In this document: in pieces, positions 11,958 through 24,712 of the stretch
How the letters are laid out: each line of letters begins with the position of its first letter
Numbering within the stretch: the first letter of the stretch is position 1
NCBI GenBank assembly: GCA_951406725.2
Contig: OX597830.1
Coordinates: forward strand, 9,982,001-10,046,000
Origin: Octopus vulgaris
Taxonomy: Eukaryota
Reading direction: 5' to 3'
Length of the DNA: 64,000 bases
The notes under the pieces: generated by a model
Database searches by the model: none
Told to the model about the DNA's origin: nothing
Seen by the model: the letters and a program-made list of their open reading frames with translations, nothing else
Program-made: the position numbers and the translations under genes

Positions 11958-12185
11958 CCAGCACCCAGATTAACACAGCCATTTAATTTCCGAATGAACA
12001 CATCTATCTGCAGTCCAGCTTTAAACAGCCATCTGATACCCAGATTAACACAGCCATCCACCACTGCCCAGGTTAACGCAGCGATCCACTGACCGGGGTA
12101 ATGCAGCTGTCCACTGCGCAATTTAATGCAACCATCCACTGACCGGGTTAGCGTAACCGTCCACTGTCCTGGTTAGCACAACCGT
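11958..12185. repeat. Diverged 25-bp minisatellite
   Basis: CCACTG recurs at 12061, 12086, 12111, 12136 and 12161 (unit like CCACTGCCCAGGTTAACGCAGCCAT); looser units upstream. Confidence 0.85.
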
Positions 12186-13514
12186 CTGGTTCTCAAGCGT
12201 CTTTAGTAGTCTAAAGAAGCATTTTAGGCCCAGTTTGAGAGTTTTAATATCCCGTCTTTCTTTCTTTCCATAGTTCTCTGGGACTCCAAAAGGTTCGAAA
12301 AATGTTTTCCACACACTCGAATGAAGCTTTTAAAAACAAACGCAACACACGAAACACTAGTTTAATTTTGGTCAAACAGCATCATGATAAAAAGAGTTCC
12401 GTTCTTAACCGTTCTGCTTTTCTTTTGAATACAGTTCATCTGCGGATATAATATCCAGCTCGCTCTATTTTAAAATACGTTAGAATATATTTTAAAGGTA
12501 TTTGGTCGTTATCTATATTAGGCCATTCAACCAAGTTATAGCACTGTAGTCGCATAAACGTAAAGGAATGATGATATACATGCTTAGGGAATGATGCCAG
12601 TGAAAACAAATATTTGGATCTTAATGGCTATGAACACGGCACAGCACCGATGACATAAAACATGTCATCCAGCCTTCATCTTGCAAGACAGCCTCCTATT
12701 AAGAGAACCGTCTGCATCTTACAATGATATATAAAACAGAATAAAACAGAATAACACGTGTAAAGACATGTTGTGTCATTCGTATCGTATCGTAGCTGAG
12801 AAAACGGAAGTTGGTTAAGGTTTTACAACAAACAACCAAACAAAGACACTAAAATACACATGATAAGCTGAAAAACCACGTGACAATACGCCAACGTCCA
12901 TCCAAAAATACTCTCAACTAATTCAGACCAAATGGTAGTGCCAGACGTATATACAAGATAATATATCAAAATGGCCTTTGAAAATAAGAATTCATGGAAG
13001 TTATCAAAGAGATGAATAATGCTAGAACTTTAGCTTCTGGCTAATTTTGTGGTTTTTCTTTTAGTAATTCGTTTTTTAAAATGTTGAAATTCTTCCTAGT
13101 AGATCGAAAATATACAAAAACGAAAAATAGAGAGTTCTGGCTCACTATAAACTGCAGAAAGTTTAGGAAGGAAGCCAGGAACATGTCTTATGACAGACTC
13201 AAACAAATAGCAGATGTGTCCTACGAAACACTATACCTTATCAAATGCTATTATATATTTTCTCCCTTTCCATGAAATAAAACTTGCCATCCGCTCTTCC
13301 ATCTTGACACAGGTCTAAACAGGAAGATGGTGCAGTTATTTTTTAACAAAGTATACCATCAGGTTGAATGCTTATAAAACATAAACTTTCTTACTACTAA
13401 ATTTTGACTTCAAATCTCATTAAAATTTAATTATTAGTAATTATTATTATTACTATTATTATTATTACTATTATTATTATTATCATTATTATCATTATTA
13501 TCATTTTTATAATT

Positions 13515-14068
13515 GAGTGAGAGAGCAGTTCATGCCATCAAAGTGACACTGGGGTAAAATATACGAAGCCCAATATACCCATCATGACTACCCGTCTGAT
13601 AAAGGTACACCAGGCACATGCATCACAACCATATGTGCGCGACATGGTGATCTCATATCAAGATAAACAGCACATGACCTTGCAGGTGGGGCCCAGTTAG
13701 AATTTTCTTCAGGTTGAGTAGCCCATCCCGCTCAAACGGTCCCTGAATAAGGGTTGCTTAAGGATGTTGAAAGAACCACCCATGTTTCCAGAGGTGAACT
13801 ATTCAAACCCCAAAGAATCCCTCTCAACACATGGCTATGATGCTCCCCACTACTTCTGCTCGTGATCAGAGATGCACATATCGTCAGCCACTAAGGGACA
13901 TGCTCAACTGATTAAGGTCAAACAACTGACAAGCAAATCTGTGGTATTGGGCAGAATATTTGCTGTAGCCCATCTTTTATACCAAGACAAAACAATGTAC
14001 ATGATAACACTTCCAATCAGTTAAGATCAGAAGCCATGAGAGCCACTGCCTGGTACTGCATCAGGGCA
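13515..14068. mobile_element. Copy 2 (longest, 554 bp) of the (ATT)n-embedded element
   Basis: GAGTGAGAGAGCAG...CCACTGCCTGGTACTGCATCAGGGCA flanked by (ATT)n. Confidence 0.9.
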
Positions 14069-14094
14069 ATTTATTATTATTATTATTATTATTC

Positions 14095-14394
14095 AGTAGT
14101 TTTATTTTTATAGCGTGCTTTCACTTCACTACCGAGCGCAGCTCTGTGTGCCTTGGGTATGTGCTGTGATTTGTTGTGATGCTCTGATGGTTATTGTATG
14201 GAAAGTGTTCTGCGTAGGATGTGTGCAGTGCCTAGTAGTGCAATTTTCTGTATGTTATATGTGTTTGTAAGTCCTGGTGTTTTTGTTATGTATTTGTCTG
14301 AATATTTTTTTATCATGCCTAATGCACCTACTATGATAGGAATTGTTTCTGTTTTTAGGTTCCACATTCTAGTTACCTCTATTTCCAGGTCTTT

Positions 14395-14398
<4 letters not shown>
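14095..14398 (-). mobile_element. R4/Dong-type LINE 3' end (RLE C-terminus and 3' UTR) in (TAA)n
   Basis: Minus frame YKDLEIEVTRMWNLKTETIPIIVGALGMIKKYSDKYITKTPGLTNTYNIQKIALLGTAHILRRTLSIQ*, then UTR and (TAA)n tail. Confidence 0.85.
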
Positions 14399-14473
<75 letters not shown>

Positions 14474-14493
14474 CATCATTATTATTATTACGA

Positions 14494-14640
14494 AGGCGGC
14501 GAGCTGTCACAATCGTTAGCACGACAGGCGAAATGCTTGGCGGTATTTCCCCGGGGTTAACTTTGCCTTCCATCCTTTCAGGCTCGATAAATTAAGTACC
14601 AATAAAATTTCAGGCCTTGTGCCTTTAATAGAAAGGAATG
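14494..14640 (+). mobile_element. Internally deleted Meta-type SINE
   Basis: GGCGGCGAGCTG...GCCTTCCATCCTTTCAGGCTCGATAAATTAAGTACC. Confidence 0.75.
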
Positions 14641-14648
14641 TTATTATT

Positions 14649-14867
14649 AACGTAAAGTATACTAGCCATCTCAATATGGCTAACCACTAAGGGTGGGTGT
14701 TACTGTAGCTTTTAGCCCCAGGAGATCATCGTCTCCAGCTAGCCTTAGGCACACTTTCTGTGCTCTTATGCTATTTGCAAAGGGAGGTCACCCCTCTCTC
14801 GTCAACCTAGATGATACGCACGGACTTAGTGGTTAGCCCTATTGAGATGGCTAGTATACTTTACGTT
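14649..14867. repeat. Fold-back unit with 43-bp inverted repeats
   Basis: AACGTAAAGTATACTAGCCATCTCAATATGGCTAACCACTAAG / CTTAGTGGTTAGCCCTATTGAGATGGCTAGTATACTTTACGTT (1 mismatch). Confidence 0.85.
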
Positions 14868-14934
14868 GTCGAGCAGTTACTGTTTACATCTCGTTCAGAG
14901 ATTTATTAATGTTATTATTATTATTATTATTTTA

Positions 14935-15187
14935 TTGTCTTTGCACATCTTCTAACGCTGGAGATGTACTATGGTATCAGCTGTTTACTACCAGTGAACT
15001 AAGGTAACACACCTTATTTTTCGAGCACCTTCCGCTGTATTGGAGCAGTTCCAAGCAGTGCTGTTTTCTGAAAGCGATCCACCTTTATTGCAGCCCCTAT
15101 TTGTTCCATATACCTCTCAATATTTTACTCACTGTTCCCAGGGCTTTCAGCAACCACAACTGCTTAACCTCCCAAGCTAACCTGTTA
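14935..15187 (-). mobile_element. R4/Dong-type LINE 3' end, second subfamily
   Basis: Reverse complement is homologous to 27938-28180 and 44960-45343 (ALGTVSKNIERYMEQIGAAIKVDRFQKTALLGTA). Confidence 0.75.
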
Positions 15188-15338
15188 ACAGATGTATTAG
15201 TATAACGCTCAGGAATAGAAATATATATATATGTATATATTAATCAATACAAGGGTAGCAAAACATTCAATAGAATTTTTTTTCGCCACTAGCGGTCCAG
15301 TGAGAAAGAGAAAATAGGAACAGACTATATATATATAA

Positions 15339-15825
15339 TTTCAACAATATTAAGGAATGGCCCTGATAGGCTATTCGACTCACCAGAAAGAGCAGCCAAA
15401 CTCAAACTGCTAAATAGTAGTAATTCAGAAATCAAAGGAAAATCAAAAACATTTACCCTAATCATCCTTGGACAATGCATTGTTTCGACGTACTTTTTTG
15501 GCAAACCAGCCTAATTAAATTAAATTTAATTTAATCAGGTCAATCTACCACTGGCTCGTCTCATCGGCAAGGAAGCCAGGAGGAATATTTATTCCTTGCC
15601 GATGAGACGAGCCAGTGGTAGATTGACTTGATTAAATTAAATTTAATTTAATTAGGCTGGTTTGCCAAAAAGTACGTCGAAACAATGCATTGTCCAAGGA
15701 TGATTAGGGTAAATGTTTTTGATTTTCCTTTGATTTCTGAATTACTACTATTTAGCAGTTTGAGTTTGGCTGCTCTTTCTGGTGAGTCGAATAGCCTATC
15801 AGGGCCATTCTTTAATATTGTTGAA
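15339..15825. mobile_element. Near-perfect 487-bp palindrome with two hammerhead motifs (CCGATGA core)
   Basis: Arms 15339-15574 / 15592-15825; plus motif 15593-15700 TCCTTG CCGATGA GACG..CGTC GAA ACAATGCATTGT C CAAGGA; mirror copy at 15465-15573. Confidence 0.85.
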
Positions 15826-15944
15826 AAAAAAAATATATATAAAGTTAATCCAAACATGAAAACACAAAGAGAAAACACAACAACGCGAGGACGTGGAACA
15901 AATGTAGTATTATTGGACACTCAGGAAGGAAGGGAAGAAGAAGG

Positions 15945-15979
15945 GTTTTACATTTCGAGCGGAGCTCTTCGTCAGAAAC
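15945..15979 (-). ncRNA. Minimal type I hammerhead motif in a Penelope-like terminal fragment (15840-16046)
   Basis: GTTT CTGACGA A GAGC TCC GCTC GAA ATGT A AAAC. Confidence 0.7.
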
Positions 15980-16042
15980 ATATGAAAAGGAAAGATCCAG
16001 AGAAGGGAAGACGGAGGAAAAAAATCACCAACGGTACACACG

Positions 16043-16171
<129 letters not shown>

Positions 16172-16557
16172 GTAGATATAGATATAGACAATTTAAACAT
16201 ATATGTACATACACACATATATAAACCTACCTACCTACCTACATACATACATACATACATACATACATACATACATACATACATACATACATACAATCAT
16301 ACATATATAGCAATCATAAAGCAATTATTTATTTTAATTATATATATAGCAAGAGGTATTCAATAAGCTTAGATCAATTTAGTGTTATATTTCTGGACAT
16401 GTCTAACTCACTAGCGCCACCTGGTAAATTTCCCTCAGATACGATTAGGTCATGTGGTGTGTCGCCATTGTCTACTCAACCAAGGAGTTGATAATGGCCG
16501 AACTAATCCAGGCCGTCATTGATATTGCTATCTATAGTTAAACAAAAGACGCGTGTC

Positions 16558-16852
16558 TTAACGGTTAGGGTATTCCGCTCACGGCCATAAGGTCGAGGGT
16601 TCGATTCCTGGGTAGGGCTTTTTGTCCCTGAGCAATACCCTTTATTCCACGTTGCTCCAGTCTACTTAGAGGGCAGAACTGAATACTGGCTGCAATTCTA
16701 AGCGCAGCCTGGTCATATTCTCTGTCCGGCGAAATCTCCCTGAAAACTACGTTAAGGTTACGATTGTCTGTGGGATACTCAGCCACTTGTATGTTATTTT
16801 CCGTTCATCGGATTAACTCGAGCCCTGGTCGTCGTAACCGATGAAGTGCAAG
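16558..16852 (+). mobile_element. tRNA-derived SINE, third family
   Basis: GGTTAGGGTATTC...GGTTCGATTCC (B box)...TGTCCCTGAGCAA...CACGTTGCTCCAGTC; homologous to 37583-37802 and (minus) 56828-57137. Confidence 0.75.
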
Positions 16853-17271
16853 TTTTGTTCCTATTAAACAAACATATTCATAACAATAATTCATATCGAT
16901 TCTTGTTTGTAAATGTGCACCGAAATACCGTATTATTTTTAAACGTATTAGTAGTATTAACAGCAGAGGTTATGCGTTGTAAAATTTGTTTTAATTAATA
17001 TAGTCTACTGTTAACGGTTTATTCAACCAGTCACTGCGATAAATTCGATCTCTAGCTATGAAATAGGAAGTTATTGATTTTGGAAATATTGATTGGATGA
17101 TTGAAATAATCACATGGATATTTCAAGAGAAGCAATACTAAAGTCTATATTAGTGGAGTTTAATCTACAAATATTAACCACTTCTACATACTATATCACC
17201 GAGAATTAATATTTTAGAGTGCATTTCGGCGTAGAGTATTAGATGTATACTTCATACAAAATATTGGTCTC

Positions 17272-17706
17272 AAATTATGGCACAAGCCCAGCAATTACAG
17301 GGGGAAAAGGGGCAGGTCGATGACGTCCACATCAGTACTCATCTTGTATTTATCTTATCGACCCCAAAAGGCATGAAAGGCAAAGTTGACCTCGGCGGTG
17401 TTTGAAATCAGAACGTAAAGACAGACGTAAGTACCGTTAAGCATTTTGCCCGGCGTGCTAACGTTTCTACCAAGTCGTCGCCTTCGCCGTAAAAAAGATA
17501 CCTTTCTACTCTAGGCACAAGGCCCGAAATTTTGGAGGAAGAGACTAGTCGATTAGATCGACCCCAGTACGCAGCTGGCACTTAATTTTTCGACACCGAA
17601 AGGCAATGTCGACACCTCGACGGAATTTGAACTCAGAGCGTAGTGACAGACGAAATACCGCTAAGCCTTTCGTCTGGCGCGCTAACATTTCTGCCAGTTC
17701 GCTCCA
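17272..17706 (-). mobile_element. Two tandem Meta-type SINE copies
   Basis: ATGAAAGGCAAAGTTGACCTCGGCGG, GGAATTTGAACTCAG and GCTAACATTTCTGCCAG in reverse orientation. Confidence 0.8.
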
Positions 17707-18008
17707 CCTATCAACGAATATGCATATATATATATATATATATATAACATGTACATATGGTTAGTTAAATAGATACATACATACATAGACGCACGCATAC
17801 ATGTACGTGTGTGTGCGAGCGTTTGTGTGTATACATATATATATATGCGTGTATGCGTGCGTGTGTGTATGCATATATGTGTATGTACATGGGTGTGTAT
17901 ACATATATATGTGTATGTATGTATGCGTATGTTTCTGTGTGCGTGCGTGTCTACGTGTGTGTATACGTACATGTATATATATATATGTACATATATGAAT
18001 GTATGCAC

Positions 18009-18043
<35 letters not shown>

Positions 18044-18063
18044 CGCATACACACACACACACA

Positions 18064-18128
<65 letters not shown>

Positions 18129-18805
18129 GAACAGCGACAATCAAATTTATGATGTATAGAATCTATATTCGTATCGCATTTCTTTTTACAACTCGCTCGG
18201 AGCATTTTCCTTATTAAATGCTTGCGTATGGTCTTGTGGTGATTTCATAACCTCCAGCTTCCTAATGCATAATACACCGTCGCTGCTGCGACCACGCCAT
18301 TTTCTAACGATTTCCTATTAGGCTTAGCATTAATAACTTCGACATATCAGTCCATAAAGTGTCCATTAGCAACATTCAGATTTTCTGCTGCGTGTAATTT
18401 TGTCATCTGGAAACGATGAGAGATCTTCTTCGGTTTGCTTGTTGAGAACGTTTGATAGGTGTTTCCTCCGTTCATTCATTACAAACCCCAAGTATAACAT
18501 GATACACACACACACATACACACACACACACACACACACATACACACACATATATGCATACGTACATACATATATACACATATATCGCTCCACATATATA
18601 TCTGTCTATTTCTCTCTCTCTCTCTCTCTCCCTCTCTATATATATATATGCGTGTGTGTGTGTGTGTGTGTGTGTTTATATACATACATTTATATATACA
18701 CACTCATATATATATATATATTTCCATATACATATCTGTAACCATGTATGTATGTATATATGTATATATATATAATATATATATATATAGTTATAATATC
18801 ATATT

Positions 18806-18889
<84 letters not shown>

Positions 18890-18890
18890 C

Positions 18891-18927
<37 letters not shown>

Positions 18928-19499
18928 TAGATATATAGATATACATGCACAAACACACACACACACACACACACACATATGTACACTGGGGAGGTTACCA
19001 ATCAGGTTTCAAAATGTTTCTGACGCCGTATATTGAGTCTTGTCACACAGAGCTCTTTCTTAATGATATAATGTCAGGTTGTTTTCTTTAATATCATCGA
19101 GTCTCACTGCTTCTGTGACATTCTCCGATGTGTTTTCATGGGAGGAAATAAACATTAATGTCAATGTGAATAAAGCAGCGATAATGCCAGGCTCAAATTA
19201 CTTCGACTGTAAGATATCGTCCGTTGTCTTGTGATGTGACATCTAAGCGATGAAAGTATCCGTAAGACGAACTGGATGAATATTGAGGTCGAAAGAAGCT
19301 AATCTAGTTGTTAAGGTACGGCTGTTCTACACACTAATACTCTCATTGCTTGTGCATAGAAAGCGTAAATTGAATGAATAATAAAACGGGGGAAAAACTA
19401 GTCTTCCTTTCTGTCAAATAATAGAAAGCTAAAAATAATTTAGAACGGTGAAGTTTTCGCTGAGAAAACCACCTACAATGATAGCATTTTAAAAGCATG

Positions 19500-19760
19500 T
19501 TCCTAATTGCTCGCTGAAGAAAATTGTATACGCAGATTCAATGGTCAGATTTTGAATAGATGTCTCTGGAACATCCTCCGATTGAAAATGCAGACTAGAC
19601 TCACAAAGAAAAGCCTTATTGGAACAGGCGAAGCCACTACCAACCGAAACTCAGATTAGAAGGACGGATAGGGGCTGGCCGTGGCACATTCTAGAGAAGC
19701 TTGTTTTAAACATTGGAACATAAGCTTTTCAATGGACACTTTAAGGGAGACGGAAGCAAG
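19500..19760 (+). mobile_element. Highly degraded RTE-like LINE C-terminal fragment
   Basis: Frameshifted pieces NRCLWNILRLK, PLPTETQIRR and WHILEK resemble the RTE tail motif NRCLRRIL..W...QIRKR.W.WIGH. Confidence 0.4.
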
Positions 19761-19778
19761 GCAGAAACACTATGTGCT

Positions 19779-20656
19779 CTGATCAATAAGTATCCGGACT
19801 ATTGCTGTAATAACAAAGCTAAAGCACAGAGAGTGAAGCCTCCATTGGACACAGATTGGCCTGAAACTCTGATGTGCATGCGCTCTAAGTTTCAATGTTC
19901 TAGCTCACTACTGCTGTTTACAGCAGTGCTTGGAAGGAAGGTGTGTAGCATGCAATCGCTGCATTGAACATGACAGAGAAAGTTGAGCAGAGAATCTGCA
20001 TCAAATTTTGCCAAAAGCTTCGCGATACCTGCTTCAGAGGCCTATGCAAGGTTTTCAAAACGCTTTCATTGTTCTCGACACAATCAAGGGGATCTTGTGC
20101 AACTGAAACCCAAGTGTCATTTTGGTGAGCTGAGCGCAGGTTTGGTACAAACTTGACAGACACGCGTCTCATACCAAAATCTTTAGTGATAATGAACAGA
20201 ACTGAACCATAACTAATCTGCACACCCTCTGATAACTCACGGGCGGTGATTCACCGATTTCCCTTCACACGCGCATTTGCGATTTTTTCTCAGTTCTTCT
20301 TGTAGCGGGCCTCCTAGAACATTCGTCAAAATCGACATTTTTTCAGCCATCTTGGAAACATCTGAACTCGTACACTTGTGTGCGGCTCATACACCCTTCT
20401 CCATATAGATTCTGCAACTTTGTGTAGGCCTCTGAGCAGGTATCGCCATGATAACTTTCTCTGTCATTGTCAATCCGACGATCACACGCTACACACGTTC
20501 CTTCGAAGCATTGCTGTAAACACCGGATGTGAGCTAGAACGTTTAAACTTAAGGTACATGTACAGCAGAGTTCAAGGTCAATCTGTACCAAGCGGCTTCA
20601 CTCTTCGTGCTTCAGCATTGTTACTATGGTAACAGTCCGGATACTTATTGTTCAGG
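19779..20656. mobile_element. Mariner-derived fold-back element built from two 5' ends
   Basis: TIR CTGATCAATAAGTATCCGGACT at left and its reverse complement at right; MTEKVEQRICIKFCQKL on plus; YGEGCMSRTQVYE...ISYGSV..IITKDFGMRRVSVKFVP on minus. Confidence 0.85.
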
Positions 20657-21207
20657 CCATAAAAACTGTAGCACTGGCGGGCAGCTACACATGTTGATAA
20701 ATGCAATTCGTTGCCAAATATCAAGATGATGGCGACCTTTTGTTGGTGCGCTTAAGCTTTAAAGGGAACAAAGAACTTAATGAATGAAGCATGCAAAACA
20801 TACCACCATACAAATAGCATCACCTGAATCGACCATGAATTAATGAGACAGGTAGTTTTGCGATGTTGTAGACGGTCGGTTAACATTTTTTTGTATAGTG
20901 AGAGTTAAAACAATAAAGCCATGAATGTTTGCAACGCCTCCGTGGATAGCGAAGGATAGCGAGGAAGGGTAGCAAGTTGAAACTTCGAAGTTTCTGTCAC
21001 CATTGTGATTGTAACTGTATAATAAATATGCACATTACAAAAAGTAATGTGTAATAAAAAAAACTGCGTATGTGCGAGTATGTGTGTGTATATATATAAT
21101 TATATATATGTGTATATATATACACATATATATAATTATATAACTGTATATATATATAATAGAAATATTAAAATAACTAAGTCTCTCTAAAATTATAATT
21201 ATATATA

Positions 21208-21264
<57 letters not shown>

Positions 21265-21267
<3 letters not shown>

Positions 21268-21593
21268 GGCAAAAGAAAAATTCTAATGCCAAATATGCCG
21301 AAAAAAAGACAGAAATTGTCAATTAACCATTATGATTTATGTGTCTCGAAACAAACCGATAGAAATTTCTAAAAAATGTTAAAGAAATTTCTATCGGTTT
21401 GTTTCGAGACGCATAAATTATAATGGTTAATTGACAAATTCTGTCTCTTTTTTCGGCATACTCGGCATTAGAATTTTTCTTTTGCCCTTATATTGTAAAT
21501 TATTTATAAATTTAACCTTTAAAGGTATTTTTTGATATGCTGGCCATTGATGAAATTTTTTTTCCGAAAAAAAAAAAATTTATCCTACATTAG

Positions 21594-21595
<2 letters not shown>
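21265..21595. mobile_element. Fold-back element in (TA)n (arms 21265-21370 / 21383-21489)
   Basis: AAGGGCAAAAGAAAAATTCTAATGCC... / ...GGCATTAGAATTTTTCTTTTGCCCTT, right arm extended ~100 bp. Confidence 0.8.
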
Positions 21596-21629
<34 letters not shown>

Positions 21630-22016
21630 TCCTACATATATATATATAGGCATATTAACAAGTATTTATAGACTTAATTGATGGTAAGAATCTCTCAAGC
21701 GAGCTGAACACCAGATGGAGTTTAGAGAAGAGCCACCCCACCTTCGGCAAGTATGTCAACTCTTAACTTTTACATCCCAATGGGGCTGTGCTGCATCCAT
21801 GTCATGACTGCTGGGCGCCCTTCTGCTGATATTTTCAAACCATTTTTGTATCGGAGAGATGTGTATTTAACCTGCATGGAGATTTCATCTGCTTGTAACT
21901 TCTCTCCTTTGACTCAACTGATAATCTTGTACTAAAAGAATAAACAACTCTGGTTTCCATGGTAAGACTGAACACGCACCCGCACACACACACACACACA
22001 CACATACACACACACT

Positions 22017-22057
<41 letters not shown>

Positions 22058-22075
22058 TTATTTATTTATATATAT

Positions 22076-22902
22076 AGGGTGATGGGTAAATTGTCGCAGT
22101 TTTTTGTCGTTATATTTTTGATTTCGAGCATGCGCATTATTTGTTTTTAATTTTGTTGCTTACACAGTATAGTAGAGTCAGTTAGGCCTCGTCTCTGAGA
22201 GAAACGGCAACATGGCGCGATTCCCTCTCACAGAAATTCGGAAACGACATGCTGGTACTGCTTGGCATTCGTGCCGGAAGCTTCAATGCGAACATATCAG
22301 AGAGTTTCGGTGTCAATCTGAGGACAGTGTAATCTGAGAGCATGTCCCAAGAGTGATAAAAATCAAACATCCAGTCAACATCACGGTGTCGGACGTGTTA
22401 TACCTCCAATCATCTTCCCACACGGCCTCAGACTCAGCACAGAGGCCTACGTCAAGTGCCTGGAGGAGGTAGTGCTACCTTGGGTCAAGAAGGAGGCTGC
22501 TGAAACACCTTGTGTCAGGTAACAGGACTCTGAACCTTGACACACAAGCAGGAGAACCTAGTCATGGCTGTCAGACAACATCACCTCTAACATCTGGGCA
22601 TCTAACTCCCCAGACTGCAACCCCTTGATTATTAGATGTGGGGCACAGTTGAGCGGGAGACCAACAAAACTCCTTGTAACACCAAATATGAACTGAAGGC
22701 AAGGATTATGCCAGCATTCACCAGCTTAAACAAAGAGACCATCCAGAAGAGTTGCAGGAGATTCCGAAATCGTCTGGACGCAGTAGTTGCGGCCAATCGC
22801 GAAATTATTGAATTAATTTACTCTTTAGTAAATTAGTATTAATTAGAATTAATTTACTCTTCAGTAAATTTAGTAAATTTCAAGATATTTTAATGTAATT
22901 TT

Positions 22903-23000
<98 letters not shown>

Positions 23001-23080
23001 TATAAATCTGCTAAAATGAGATGTCAGTGTTATTTTCATTTTTGCGTAATTTCGACGACAGTTTATTCGACAGTTTATTC
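22076..23080 (+). mobile_element. Degraded Tc1/mariner-superfamily (maT/DD37D-like) transposon
   Basis: IFPHGLRLSTEAYVKCLEEVVLPWVK...QDS...IWASNSPDCNP...MWGTVERETNKTPCNT..ELKARI; in-frame stops and deletions; (TA)n inserted near the right end. Confidence 0.8.
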
Positions 23081-23596
23081 TGTGTGTGTGTGTGTGTTTG
23101 GGTTTTGAGTGATTGTGGGTGTGTGTGTATTGCCTGCAAACGGTATGATCTTGACTAAAATTTGAGAAAAAGCTCCGTTAATTAGTTCTAAACCCAATAA
23201 CATTAACCCGCAAAACATAATTATATTGAATATCCCATTTTAACGTAGAAACTATTTGAAACCTTAATGATTGCTTCCACCAGTTATTGTCAAATATTTC
23301 TTGATTCAGCAAGTCCGACGTATTATATTTCAACATATTAACTATACCCGTTAGTATTTGTTGATAGCACTTACTCATCGTTCAAAAGTGTTGATGTGAT
23401 TGAATTTAAACAAGCGCCGTCTGTTAACGTATATTTGCCTTGGTGTGATCGATGCCTTTCGAAAGATTAGCTGGGCAGAAATTTGATTCACGCTTGCAAA
23501 GTTTACATTTACATTGTATAACTTTTGTATGAGGCAATTTTTCATTTTAGATATGTGGCTGACAATATATTATATTGAGTTCATATATATATGTAC

Positions 23597-23627
<31 letters not shown>

Positions 23628-23864
23628 TGTATGTGTGTGTGTGTGTGTATGTGTGTGTGTGTGTGAGAGAAAGAGAGTGTGTGCAAATGTTTGCTTGTCT
23701 GGAATGTGGTCTGTGTGAGATGTTGAGGATGGTGCAAAAATGTATGGATTGTTAACTTTTGACGTAATCTAATGTGTGTTTGTATATACAAATATGTATG
23801 TTGTTATACACGTGCACTTGTTTGTATAAATATATGTATGCACGCACTTGTATGAGTGTGCACT

Positions 23865-23899
<35 letters not shown>

Positions 23900-24133
23900 G
23901 AAGTATTTATTAAGTATCTTTGAATAAAGTACGTGTCTGAACAAACAAGAACGGATTTATTCACTAAATTGGATCTTGCCGTCTGCATACACTGTAAGAA
24001 TATCGGGTGGAAACAATTCTATGTAGAGTTTGATACACATCTGATATTGTCTGAGTGTGCAAATTAGTTCGTCCCCAAAAGGTGCTTCAATTAAAGCACC
24101 TAATTCAACTGAATCTAAATTACATTTATTTAT

Positions 24134-24214
<81 letters not shown>

Positions 24215-24534
24215 TATATACATATACTCAAATAACCTTTGCATTTGATTTTTTAATGTCTTTACCCCCATACTTTCGTGAGTTGAATTGAGCAAACACT
24301 ATATGAGAGAGATTTTCTTTAAGTATTAGAAATAGTTTTAAAAAGTTTTTTTAGCTACTATTTCTAATGAGTTCAGTATGTGGCAAAGTAATTTATTTTA
24401 CTAAGCCCTTTTATATAATGTAATATATATACATATATATATATATACAGGGTGCATAAGATATTTGAGGTCATACTATGTGGATCCGTAAAGCACTTAA
24501 AGTTTTCCTGCCCTGAAACAAAGAAAAATGAAAT

Positions 24535-24712
24535 GCTTAGTGATATTTGGCCCGTCGCTACGTTATGAGTTCAAACTCCGCCGAAGTCGACTTTGCCTTT
24601 CATCCTTTCGGGGTCGATAAATTAAGTACCAGTTGAGTACTGGGGTCGATGTAATCGACTAGTCCCCGCTCCCCCAAATTTCATGCCATGTGCTTAGAAT
24701 AGAAAGGATTAT
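24535..24712 (+). mobile_element. Meta-type SINE (5' eroded)
   Basis: GAGTTCAAACTCCGCCGAAGTCGACTTTGCCTTTCATCCTTTCGGGGTCGATAAATTAAGTACCAG. Confidence 0.8.

Noticed and set aside
12061-12185. CRISPR-like regular spacing
   Set aside because: Head-to-tail homologous units without unique spacers, eukaryotic context and no cas genes
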